From positions 68,138,001 to 68,202,000 of the forward strand of contig CM069144.1 in NCBI GenBank assembly GCA_035221665.1: a stretch of 64,000 nt of DNA, read 5' to 3'. The stretch comes from Okamejei kenojei (lineage: Eukaryota). The position numbers and the translations under genes were made by a program. Positions 12,401 to 24,887 of the stretch are shown here, piece by piece. How positions within the stretch are numbered: the first letter of the stretch is position 1; each line of letters starts with the position of its first letter. The notes below the pieces were generated by a model, which made no database searches, had not been told where the DNA came from, and saw only the letters and a program-made list of their open reading frames with translations.

Positions 12401-14344
12401 AAGACTTATCATCAGAAAAAGCACCACGAGATGGATCAAATGAAAGATTAGTATGCACATCAAAACTCACACATCACATACATCAAAGTAGATTTGGCAG
12501 CATGTAATAATATACTGTATGCCTTGTTTATAGTTTTGTTACATGTAAATAGGATACTTTTTAAATGATTTGGTCCTGACCAAAATTGTCTTTGCAAAAA
12601 CAATGTACAGAATTTTACTGCTGCTATTTAATTCAGAAAATGGAGCACTTTCAAGTTAACTTTCAAAGGTAATTGCAATTCAGTAATTTGATCTCAGGTT
12701 GAGTGGCTTACATTTGTATTGTAAAATGTTTCCCCATCTATCTTGTTAAATGAAACCAAGCAATCAAACTGCACATTTTCACTCCCTTTTCCCATCTCAG
12801 TTCCAATAGGAATAAAAGCCACAAATTATTGGAATTATCCATCTCTGCATTGGATGAGGGCCATTGTATTATTGTGCTTTTTACATCTGTGATTGAAGAA
12901 CCAGCAGAAAATACAATGAGCATGTAACCAAAAGAGAAAGATCTTGTTCCCTATTGCTTTTCCATTGACTTAACTCAAAAGTTGTGATCAAGGACAGTCA
13001 AATGCCCATAACTTACATTATGACCACACAATACATTTTCTTTAGTATTCATGGATCAAATTAATTTGATAAAATTGTATTTGGACTCCACAATGTTGGA
13101 ATTGCAAAATCAAATACATTTTGCAAAATGAAAATGTTTGAACCAGCAAATGGTTCCCGGCAACCAACGAGCTTCAACGGGAAAAGGAAAGAAACACCTG
13201 CAGCAACTGAGAATGAAATGAAAGAGATCGGAAAAATCAACTAAAAACTGCAATATTGTGATTCTCAAGGCCACAATGCAAATGTACTTCTATTTGTATT
13301 GAATAAAGACACTTATGAGGTCAAGGTGAGCTGGGATTTTATACAGTTTTCTAAAGTGCACTCTTTTTTGTTGAAAAGCAATGTACAAAACAACCAGCAT
13401 TTGCACGTTTTGGCCAAATTGAAGTCAGTAAACAGAAGTGCCATTTCATTGGAAAATGACACTGAACAACTGATTTTGTAATATGCACACTCCTGAACAG
13501 TCTTGGTGCTCTGCGACATAACAATTAATAAAGTGTTAGTACCATTATTTCCATTTCTAACAATGGAGCTTGTCACTATACTGAGATGAAATCCATCCTC
13601 ATATTGCAGTGTATTCTACATAAGGTAGAAGCTGTATCGAAATCACTGCAATATGTTACAAGATACACATTGGGGTTCGTCCATCAATTGACAATTTCAA
13701 TCAGAGGAATGATAGGAAAGTCTGTATACATCACTAATGAAGACATTTAGCTTTGCTTACAAATTACCTGTAACCATGGCCAATAACCATGGAGACAAAA
13801 ACAGATATTGGAATCTGGAGAAAAAAAAAATTGCTGGAAAAATTCGGCGGGTCAAGTGGCGGCAAAAAGGATGTGCCGGTGTTTGAGCTTAAACGTCTTC
13901 CTCAGGACGAAGGGGGAGGGGGGGGGGGAGGGGGGGAGGATAAATGTCCAGTATGTGGAAGTAGAAGCCTTGTCACAATGCACCATCTAGCTTTATCCAT
14001 CATATGTTCTCACCATCTTTTAGATGCAATTTAGCTCAACATTGGTTGCTGTCACTTTAAGAACAGTACTACAGTACTACAAGGGTCTCGACCTGAAACG
14101 TCACCCATTCCTTCTATCCCGATATGCTGCCTGTCCCGCTGAGTTACTCCAGCATTTTGTGTCTCTCTGCATGATCAATTGTCATGTTGGCACATTTTAG
14201 TGGAGAAGATTCCAGAGAAAACTAATGTAATAAATTAACTTGTTTTATAAATAAAACAAGAAATACAAGTTATTGTATACATAAAGTATCTTTCTTTGTT
14301 AGTTTAAATTATTAACTATGCTCCATTAACCTAAAGAGTGTATG

Positions 14345-15381
14345 TAGCTATGTTACAAAATTTTGAGATTTTAAAAATCAAGTCTGCAATGTATCCCATC
14401 AGATAAAGCATACAAAGAAGTTTAATTTTACACCTAATTCACTTTCATAACTTCAGTATTAAAAAGGTTATGGCCATTTTCATACTCGGAAATTAGCACC
14501 TTGTTCCCTATTGCTTTTCCATTGACTTAACACAAAATTTGTGATCGAGGACAGTTAAAAGCCCATAACTTTCTTAAAAATTAAGAGAACTGAAAGAAAT
14601 TTTCAGTTATTATAGATTGAAGCATTCTGAAACTAATATGAAACAATCTTACTTGGATGACCTGAAATTAAAGCATATATATAGTTACCCAATTGTAACT
14701 AATTACAAAATTCAATTACTAGATCTAAACATCTATCCATTTCTTAAGAAAATATTAACATTTTTTTTTAAAGCCTAAGTGTCCAAATAACATTCACAAT
14801 ATAACATGATTTTTAAATCTCATTGGTATAAATTTATAGGCCAAATTGAAGGAATTTAGTGTTTAATGCCCATAAATTAATGGGCATTTTAAACAGCTTG
14901 CGAGTGGGATTTTATGGAACGCGATGGATTGGAACGTTGCGGTTGCAGTGAATTTAAACCCAATATCGACAGGAAAACCACTGCCGGTTCATATGGGGAA
15001 TAAATCACCGTTTCACAACATGAAATGTTGATTAAAAGTCATCTAAACAAGGAAGTTTATTTGAAAAAATAAACAGTTTTCACTTACCTGTCCCCTACGT
15101 AAAATCCGTCCCCGTTGTCGGCGTTCACGGCATTAGGAGCTAATTTTTATTTTACTGCAGCGCTGAAATAGTCGAGCGATTTTTTTAAAAAATGTAACTT
15201 GCCGGCAGTCGGAACGAATCTCCAGAAATAGCTTGCACTCCGAGAAAATATTATTCCGGTGGCAAGGGAAAACCGCACTTTATCCCCCCCCCCCCCCCCC
15301 CCCCCTAAAGGCGCCAAAGTCGCGCACACTGCCAGTGACAGAACTGCAGCACCGCTAAAGGTAAGTTTTGTAACATACCTA
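14345..15381. mobile_element. Non-autonomous DNA transposon (MITE), superfamily uncertain
   Basis: TIR TAGCTATGTTACAAAA / TTTTGTAACATACCTA (1 mismatch); flanking direct repeat AGTGTATGTA at 14337-14346 and 15381-15390 overlaps the termini; no ORF. Confidence 0.85.
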
Positions 15382-15559
15382 GTGTATGTAATAAATACTG
15401 AGAAGAGGAGGCACAACATTAGAATAAAGTAAAAGTATAAATATACAGTATATTGTATATTTATAATTATACAAATATACAGATCGCTGGGTTGGACCAT
15501 TTGGTTATGGAAATTCTCCCTTACATAATTCTCAAATCACTACTTAAAAACTTGAGCTA

Positions 15560-16155
15560 GAGTCATAGAATCAAAGAGTGATACAGTGTGGAAACAGGCC
15601 CATCAGCCCAATGTGCCCACACCGGCCAACATGTCCCAGCTACACTCATCCCAACTGCCAGCAATTGGTCCATATCCCTCCAAACCTGTCCTATCCATGC
15701 ACCTGTCTAACTGCTTCTTAAACATTGGGATAGTCCCAGCCTCAACTACCTCCTCTGGCAGCTGGTTCCATACACCCACCTCCCTTTGTGTGAAAACATT
15801 ACCCCTCAAATTCCTATTAAATCTTTCCCCCTTCACGTTAAACCTGTGTTCTCTGGTCCTCGATTCACCTCTGGGCAAGAGACTGTGTGCATCACCCGAT
15901 CTATTCCTCTCATGATCATATACACCTCTATAAGATCACCCCTCATCGCTCCAAGGAATAGTCCCAGTCTACTCAACCTCTCCCTATAGCTCACACCCTC
16001 TATTCCTGGCAACATCCTAGTAAATCTTCTCTATACCCTTTCCAGCTTGACAACATCTTTCCTAAAACATGGTGCCCAGAACTGAATACAATACTCTAAA
16101 TGTGACCTCACCAATGTCTTATGCAACTGCAACATGACCTCCCAACTTCTATACT
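15560..16155 (-). mobile_element. CR1/HER1 LINE 3' fragment
   Basis: ORF track shows HLEYCIQFWAP, YRERLSRLGL and FTQREVGVWNQLPEEVVEA. Confidence 0.9.
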
Positions 16156-16304
16156 CTATCGAATAAAACTTATCGTTACTGAATTGATGTAAAATTACAA
16201 CGTGCACTGTTTTCTCAGAAGGAACTCCCACCCCATTACCGAGGGGTCGCCTGTATTTGTTTCAGTAAAGGTTAATTCATGAGATGTTAACATTTTGTCT
16301 AGAT

Positions 16305-16524
16305 TGGGTGATGCAGAGGTAGAGTTGTTGCCTTACAGAGACACGGGTTTAATCCTGACTACGGGTGCTTGTCTGTATGGAATTTGTACGTTCTCCCCGT
16401 GACCTGTGTCGGTTTTCTCCGATATCTTCGGTTTCCTCCCACACTCTGAAGACGTACAGGTTTATGTGAATTGGCTTGGTAAAATTGTAAATTGTCCCTA
16501 GTGTGTGTGGGATTGTGTTAGTGT
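16305..16524 (+). mobile_element. HE1-type V-SINE, 3' truncated
   Basis: Similar to the copy at 35980-36295. Confidence 0.85.
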
Positions 16525-18162
16525 AAAAGACTAAAGTACTAATGATGTCTTCTTGAACATCAGCAGTCCTGCTGATTAAGGTCCTTTCACAGTGCTGATG
16601 AGCAGGATTTCCATGATGTAGACCGAGCAGCAATGAAGGACCAGACAATGAATTTCCAAGTCTCCTGGAGGGGTGCCCCTAGGTGGTGACATCCCCATGT
16701 TCTTGTTGCCCATATCCTTGCCCTGCCCTTATCCTTCATGAATGCTGGCTTGTGAAGTAATATTGGAAACATCATGGTGAGTATTTGCTATCGATTTAGT
16801 AGTCTGTATGGTAGCGAAAAGCAGGAGAAGCTAGTAACTGATGCATCTTCAGATATTAGGTTGTAACATTAATCCTGAATTTCCCAGTGAGTAGAAAAAG
16901 TTCAACTGTAACATTTTTTTGTTCTTCTTCGCTAAAATTAATTATTCCCATCTAATGCAAGGAAATGACTACACACTGCAGCACTCCAGCATAGTTTTAT
17001 AGCAGTGTCCTATGTCCCACAGGGCACTGTTTCTGAATCTGCACCCGATGTATTGTCTTTTGTTTCTCCAAAAGAACACCAGTCATTTAAAAATGTAGCC
17101 GCTGGAGCTGACATTTAGTGAAGTCATGGTTTGGCCCAGATCAGCAGCCTGTGTGGTAAACCTCCGTACCAGTCTGATTATGCTGGCAAGCTCTCCTTCC
17201 CCACCCACACACTCTGCAGGCTAATTTTTGTCTCACTGCCCTGAATGAAAGAAGTCCTTTTATAAAACTCCAGCCACTGGCACACTGCCTTTTTCATGGA
17301 CCAAACTAACTGTCATCTTGGATGTAACAAATTAGTGCATTCTCAGAATAATAATTAGAGCAAACATGAACATGCCATTGTTTTGCTTGTATAATGGAGT
17401 AACCGTTTGTTGGCCATGTGACTTTTCCAGCTCTTCTATGACAAACAAAGGATTTCTGAGTCAAGGCTGCTTACTCACCAAAGGATACATCCTCCAGAAT
17501 AAAAAACAAATTGACTAGGCAAGTTAACTCTATCATTTGTGGTTGTCTCGTTACTCTTAAGACCAACAAAATCTGAAATATGTTGGGCTCCATGTTTTTA
17601 ATTTGGTACTTAATTGAAATGAGAAATGCAAGTTACTGCATTGGACACGATTAAAATTACTCAGGAAGCACACAGTTTCATTTCAGGAGTGTGTTACTGT
17701 GTCGATGCATACGTTATCCAAATACAATAGAAACAATTAAAAGATAAATAGGTCAAATTCAACTTCAAGGGGAGTGAAAAATAATTGACAGCGGTTTATC
17801 TGCCTCACACGTACCCTAATATTGCTCTCCAGTGAGAGTGAATGAGGGAAGAAACTGAATGAAGGGACAAATCATTCAAATAACAAAGTAAAAGGAAGAA
17901 GACTTTAGCCTCCATAAAATTATCTTATCGGATGTGGATTGATTGCCCAAGTGTAATAGCCTTTGAGAGAATGCTGATGAGCTGTCTTCTCAAATTGATA
18001 TGTCCTTCTGGTGAAGGTCTTCCCATGATGCCAGGATTCACTCATTTGAATCCCCACCAAAGATTACACTCACACTCTCAGTCTAAAGTAGTGTGCTTTT
18101 AGTACTTATTATCCTTGCCTGTTTTCCAATATTTTGTTCCAGATATCACGTTCAGTCATATC

Positions 18163-18355
18163 TAAGATTGACACAAAAAAACTGGAACAGGGGACAGGCA
18201 GCATCTACGGAGAGAAGGAATGAAGAAGGGTCTTGAGCCAAAATGTCATCCATTCCTTCTCTCCAGAGATGCTGCCTGTCCCGCTGAGTTACTCCAGCTT
18301 TTTCTCCAGTATCTATCTTCGGTTTAAACCAGCATCTGCAGTTCCTTCATACACA
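18163..18355. mobile_element. PLE-derived insert with inverted 5' arm (fold-back)
   Basis: An antisense tail piece followed by a sense tail; 12-bp TSD TTCAGTCATATC (18151-18162, 18356-18367). Same architecture at 40166-40390 and 51283-51440. Confidence 0.8.
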
Positions 18356-18991
18356 TTCAGTCATATCCAATTGTTTGTCATTTAATTGAATGCAAAACAA
18401 TTGTGTTAAATATAAATATCTAAAACTGTACAAGTATTCTTCATGGCTTTATCGTCAGTGGATATCTTTGGCCACTCGGGCAATTGGTGTACAAGTGCCA
18501 ACAACAGTTTTACTCATTTTCTAAACTTTGTTGCCAATCAGAGAACAAAATGTATAGGAATACAATGTTACGTGCAACTATCAGCCAATACACTTAGACA
18601 CATTTTAAAATTGTATCTAAATCTAAATTTCAACTACCCCATCATCACCTCACCTCACCTTCCTTGATTTGATCTAAACTACAAAATCGGGATTTTGGCT
18701 GAAGAAGTCTGAAGAAGGGTCTCGACCCGAAACCTCAACTATTCCTTTTCTCTAGAAATGCTGTCCGACCTGCTCAGTTACTCCAACTTTTTGTGTCTCT
18801 CTTTGGTTTAAACCAGCATCTGCAGTTCCTTCGTATACACAACCTGTTTATTAACTCACTTATTGCTTCATGTATCTTCATCATGACTGATGAATCAAGG
18901 TGAAAATTCATGTAAATTATATACTTGCAGCATAGTGTTATTTTAACATACATTCCAGCCTTAACTCCTTTTGCTGCAAAGCAGATCCACG

Positions 18992-20383
18992 CAGGGCCGG
19001 ATTTAGATGAAGAGAGGCCCTAGGCTATTCCACTTGTGAGGCCCCTCCCAATCCCCCACCCCCACGATGAGAGGAAGATGGAAGAGTCCACCAGATTGAC
19101 ACCGATGTGCAGCCAAGCGTGGCCAATGAGATAAGGGCTGGAAACCCATGCTATTTATTTATTTATTTATTTATTTATTGCCAGTGCTAGTGTCGATTTT
19201 TCGGCTTAAAACAATATTATTCTGAAATGGAGAGCAAGGAAAATTACTGAAGTGGTGTTTAGAGACTACAGTGTGTTGTGACAGCATGTGTGAGAAGGGC
19301 CTATGACAGTGTCAAAAATATTACACACCAGGCCCGTACGAAGCTTTTCAACAAGGGGGGTGGCATGGCAGGATTACAAAAAATTTATGTGATATAAGTT
19401 CTCGCAGCGCATATCACAAGCGCAAAGCTCAAAGTCCCTTGCAGCCGGGGTCCAGGGCTCGCTTAAGGGCCCTGGAAGCTCTGGGGTTTTAGATGCTCTC
19501 TGGTCCGTTCTGAGCCTTATTTTGGAGCATTTTTGCACCAAATTTATGACCAATATTTCAGAAATAATTTTGTGTTGAGTCAAGAGTAATGAGTGGTTGG
19601 AATGGGATGATTGGTGTCATTGTGGTATACATTTTTAAAATCAAGAATTGAAGTTGTCCTTGTTTTAATAATCGTTGTACTGTAAAATGTTATGTAAAAT
19701 GTTATAAAGGAGCATGCAAACACTGCAAAACAAAATACTGTACGTTTTTGCAGTAAATAAAACCTTTTTTTCGAAAATGTTTTGTGTGTTGATTTGATTG
19801 CCTGTTACTGTTCGACTGTGTTAGTGTGTGCACATTAAAAATATGATGCAAAAAGAAAGGCGCATACTATCGAATTCATATTTTTCAGTATTGTTATCGA
19901 GGAAAAGAAAGCAGTTCCAATTGTTTGATATTATTCATATGGAGGTGAAAATATAATTGCTCTAAAATCTACCTTAATTTTGCAATCTCACTAAAGATAA
20001 TCCCCCTTTCCCTCTCCCCCCTCCTCCTTCCCTCTNNNNNNNNNNNNNNNNNNNNNNNNNNNNNNNNNNNNNNNNNNNNNNNNNNNNNNNNNNNNNNNNN
20101 NNNNNNNNNNNNNNNNNNNNNNNNNNNNNNNNNNNNNNNNNNNNNNNNNNNNNNNNNNNNNNNNNNNNNNNNNNNNNNTCTCCCTCCCTCCCCGTCTCTC
20201 TCCCCCCACGCAGCAAGGCTCCGACTCCGCGCTGCACACACCGCAGCCCCCCCCCCCCCCAGCCCGGAGAAACGGGCACTCCCGCAACGCAATAGTCCTA
20301 CTTACCTAGAGTAGACACAAGGCCCCCTAAATTTTGAGGCCCTAGGCTGCAGCCTATGAAGCCTATAGGTAAATCCGGCCCTG
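18992..20383. mobile_element. hAT-superfamily non-autonomous transposon
   Basis: Perfect 14-bp TIR CAGGGCCGGATTTA; perfect 8-bp TSD GATCCACG (18984-18991, 20384-20391); subterminal GAGGCCC repeats; spans the assembly gap. Confidence 0.92.
20036..20178. other. Assembly gap (143 N) in a CT-rich tract
   Basis: Run of N. Confidence 1.
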
Positions 20384-21256
20384 GATCCACGTCAACCTTT
20401 TTTTGTTACAAGAAAAATCCATGCAGATCTGCAGAGATTAGCTCCAATTTAAGACCAACTTATTTGCAGACAATTGAGAATTAAGAGAGTTCCACTGTAA
20501 TCAGCTTTGGTGACCTTAATTTGTGACTAGTCTATTCATCTTTTCTTTTTGCATTCAAACAATGAATCCTTTAACGCAGTACACACTTAATGTCTTCATG
20601 TATATACTACAGACTGATTTGAAGGTTCCACACAGTCAATAGACAAAACATAGATTGTATACAGTTGTCACATTACAGGAAGTAAAATGACCTTTATGCG
20701 CTCCAGTTGCAGAGACAGCGACAATTACATATGTAAAGAGAACATGCAATAATAGTTTTTGTGCCATTATTTACAATTTTTAAAAAATATTTAAATAAAT
20801 TCAAATATGATTTAATATGGTTACTACCACGTTAAATTTATAAAGGGCCACTATCAAACGAACAGAATCCAAGCCAAATTACTTTGAAAACATAATCCAC
20901 AAAAACTGCCTGAAAGTTCATTTATAAAAAGCTTAGACACACACAACTACCCAAAGTACCCACCAGCCTGCCCCCTCAAGCATCTCTTGCCCCACTTGTG
21001 GCAGAGTCAGTGGGTCCCATATAGGTCTAATTATTCATCACTTCAGAGACTGATGTGGATGCAAGTCATCCACGCCTCCAAGGTACAGTGTAATTTTACT
21101 TCGGAGTAACGTGAGTGACTTCGTGAAGACCCCGCCAGCACGCCTGCGCAGCTTATCGTCGCGCGCATCTGCAGCGGCAGCTGGGGGGGGGGGAGTGCGC
21201 TCTCCCCACCGGCTCCTTCACAAGACCGGCAGGTGAGTATTACCTTCCCTTACAGC

Positions 21257-23036
21257 ATGGACAAGGGCCGCAGGACGACGCTGTCGAGGAGCGGAGCTGA
21301 GCTGCGGCCAGCCGACGGCCTTGTCCCCGGAGCTGCACGGAACGCCGGCAGCTTTAACGCAACGGTGGGGGCTGGAATGCAGAGCCGGGCGCTCCCGCTA
21401 ATACAGGGGCCGACTCACCCGAATGGGTTACCGCTACGGAGCTGCAAGCAACGGGTCCAGACTCCGAGCCCCCCGTCCCCCAAGAGAATAAGGGGGGATA
21501 CAGGTACGTGGCAAGGGGTCTTGCTTGTTACAGGCAACCTCTCCCCGAGCTCCAGTAGACCCGAGGGGGCTGGGCCGGGGGACAGCCGCACGACAGGGGA
21601 GCCCTGCAAAGTGCTTTACGTACCGCAGCCAGGGATATCTGCCATCGTGCAGCCCGGGCATAACACTGCTGCGTCGTGTAGGCCTGCTGGAGCAGATACC
21701 GCCGACAACACACCCCGTCAGGCTGCGGTCAAGGGCGGAGGTGGCAGCAGGAAGCGGTCGGTCAGCTCAGCGCTGCGAGCGGCCGACCATGCGCCTCCAC
21801 GCCAAGTAATGGTGTAAGTGTGGAGGTAAGCCTGCACGGACTCCGGGGAGCCAGGTTCCGGGGGCCGGCGCCAAGTCAACTCACCTGCCTTCTTGTCAGC
21901 CAGGTGGGCCGCCACAGTCTGGGAGAAGACAGACTAGCGGAGAGTCCGTGCGGGAGTCGTATGACCCTACTTGGGCTGTAGGTCACGACGACCTGCCATT
22001 GGACCATAGACCCTAAGGGGGTGAGGTCCGATGGTGGAAGCCCCAGTGAATTCGCAGGGCCTGGGGAAGTCGGCTTGTCCGCTGCATCTCGCAGGGACGG
22101 TCGCATTGAGCGGTTGGAGCTCTTAAATGGTGCAACACCTCCAGCGGGATCGAGAACGAGAAGAACGGGAACTCGGGGGGCATCCACTAGCCGTGCAAGG
22201 ACTCCGCTCAGCTCCTCATCGTCTCCAGCCAGAAGCATTAATGATTGCCCAGCTGCTGAGTTTGACGACGACCAGGGACAGCCAGTGACCGCTGAACCAG
22301 AGCATGAGGAGGATGCTGGATGTGGTGAGTGAAGTTTGCCGTTTCTACCCAGACAGGTGAACCCTGCACCACGAATTGGCGGGCACCATTGATTGCCTAC
22401 GTATGCACCAACTCTGGAGTCAGATTCTCAATAATACCTTGGAGAAAGGTTCTCCACGGACATAATGGCGTTTGCAAAACCCTGATCGGGGATAATGTGT
22501 CCAGTAAATAGCATGATGCACTGGCACTCCTATGCAACGCCCAGTATGAGATAATATTGCCTGCGTAAGAGCTCCATATAGCCCACACTAAACCCCAAAT
22601 TTGCGGGGTTGTGCCGACCATTACCGCTCCACCGCCGCATCAGTTGCTTGGAGACTGTACAAACAGGTGAAGGGACTGGACAAAGGAGGCCAAAACAGTG
22701 GGCCTCATGAAACTCCATCGGCCAGAGTTCACCCATATCACCGGCAACAGCCTAATACAACCTGTGAACCAAGGCTGCCGGATAGGGCACAAAGATTCTA
22801 CCTACCTCCATCTCAATAAATACAACGACCATTTAGGGCAAGGCCAACAGCGGCCTGCATGGGAAATGCGGCCGCCGGCCGTCAACCTCCATAACGTCCA
22901 CCCAAAGCACCGTATGTATGGAACCGCCGTTCACTATGGAGGTAAGGGGGTCTGGCTCCTCTCACGCCGTAGTATCCCTCCTGTACGAATAGGTGGGCGA
23001 TTGCGGGCGGCCTTGGACATATGGGGAAAACTGTAA
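21257..23036 (+). pseudogene. DIRS ORF1 (gag-like) region, fragmented
   Basis: ATG at 21257 and GC-rich broken ORFs lying upstream of RT. Assigned by position only; no diagnostic motif. Confidence 0.5.
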
Positions 23037-23039
23037 CCA

Positions 23040-24848
23040 CAGATGAGTTTATTTTACAAAGTGTTCAAGGGTATATAATTCGTGGGAGGTATAGATTCCC
23101 ATACCCAGCATTCGCCTCGTAGGAATTTACTCTATCCCAAAAAGAGGTGGAGGCAGGGCATGCTGAAATTATATGGCGAGCAGGGAAAAATGGTAATTGG
23201 CATAACCAAGCATGGACCTATTGAGTTGAGCCTAATATGTTCACCAGCAGTAAAAAGAAGAGGAATGTCGGGTTATAATCGATTTAGCTGAGTTGAACAC
23301 TTTTGTACAATATACCCATGTCAAAATGGATGCTTTTGGAACAGCTAGGTGGAAGCTTTACTCAGGGTACTTTATGGCATGTATCAATTTGAAAGAAGCA
23401 TGCTATACGGTGCCCATCGCTGAGGCTCACAGGGAATTCTGAAGTTGTCTGGAAGGGTGCATTGCCTAATGGAACCATCACAGCTTAGGCTGTTTACCAA
23501 GTTGGTATTTACCTGTATTGGCTCTTCTCCGACAACAAGATTATAGTGATGGCATATTGGATGAAATCCTTATAATGGGGCAGACCCTCCAATTGGCAAT
23601 TCAAGGAGTGGCTGCAACCAAGGCTCTGCTTGAGAAGCTGGGATTGTAATCCATCCAGACAAATCAAAAACTGCACCCGGTACGGGTTATGGATTTGGTG
23701 TTCACCTTAGACACTAATTTAATGAAGTTTATCATCCCCACTAATAAAGCTACTGCTATATCAGAAGAGTGCCACAATCTTGCTTGCGCCAGGGTATCGA
23801 CCATGTGGCAAACAGCGAAAGTTATTGGTATTGGTAACTCTAAATTGGTAACTACATTCCCAGCTGCACGATTCGGACCGCTACACTACCGAAATTCACA
23901 AAGGTCACAAATCACAGCATTAAAAAAACAAATGCTGGCTGCTTTGATCGGCCACTTCGGTTACCACCGGAAGCTAGAAACGAGCTATAATGGTGGGTAG
24001 ATAATATTAAAGAATGTCATTGACCTATTATAGGGAGCAACCCTGATGTTGTGCTACTAACTGACGCAAGTGCACCAGGCTGGGGAGCAACTGGTACGAT
24101 GTCCAGTTGTGGTGGCAGATGGAACTCTCATGAGTCTACATTCCTGGAGTCACATGGGATAAACTATATAGAAATGCTGGGGGGCATTTCATGGACTGCG
24201 GGCGTACTGTACTAATTCATGGGATTACATGTCCGCTTTCGAATAGATAATGCTACAAGTAAGTGGTTTACATCAATCATATGGGTAGTATCAGGTCGCT
24301 AGTTTGCAATGAATTGGCTAATACAATTTGGCACGGGTGCATTGAAAGAAATATTTGGATTACTGCGACCTATTTGCCTGGGAAGCTTAATTCAGTGGTG
24401 GACACCAGGTCACGTGTCTTCAATGACAACATTGAGTGGATGTTGAACCCCCAAATTTTGGAGATATTATAGCTCAAATTGGGGACACCAGATATTGACC
24501 TATTTGCGTCCAGGCTGAACCATCGAATACCAACGTATGTGTTGTGGGAACCAGACCCTGGGGTAATAGCATTGGATGCGTTTTTATCCATTGGGGGAAA
24601 TGGGTTGCTACGCGTTTCCCCCATGCTGCCTCACCAGTCGGGTATTGCAGAAAATTAAACTAGACTCTGCAACTGACATATTGATCATTCCCGACTGGCC
24701 TACACAACCATGGTACCCGATGGTTGTAGAAATGTACAACAACCATGGATGGCGATTGGGAAACATCCCAAATTGATTACTCACTCCATTACAGGGGGGT
24801 CAGTCATCCTTGCCATGGTCATTAAACTTGTTGGCTTGCAGGTTCTGA
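23040..24848 (+). pseudogene. DIRS ORF2: reverse transcriptase, RNase H and methyltransferase-like domain
   Basis: DLAELNTFV…KMD (23281), LTDASAPGWGA (~24057), RIDNAT…YINHMG, YLPGKLN..D..SR, DLFASRLNH (~24497), YAFPP, IIPDWPTQPWYP. Many frameshifts. Confidence 0.9.
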
Positions 24849-24887
24849 AAAGACTGCTCAACCGGGCAGGCATCTCGTTCAAGAGCC

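Noticed and set aside
12082-12507. 141-aa ORF in unique DNA
   Set aside because: No recognisable domain or convincing exon structure; more likely chance or a conserved non-coding element.
19969-20292. ORFs spanning the N run
   Set aside because: Gap artefact.
24490-24720. Methyltransferase-like motifs as a bacterial or phage gene
   Set aside because: This is the standard MT-like domain of DIRS ORF2, not evidence of contamination or a new system.
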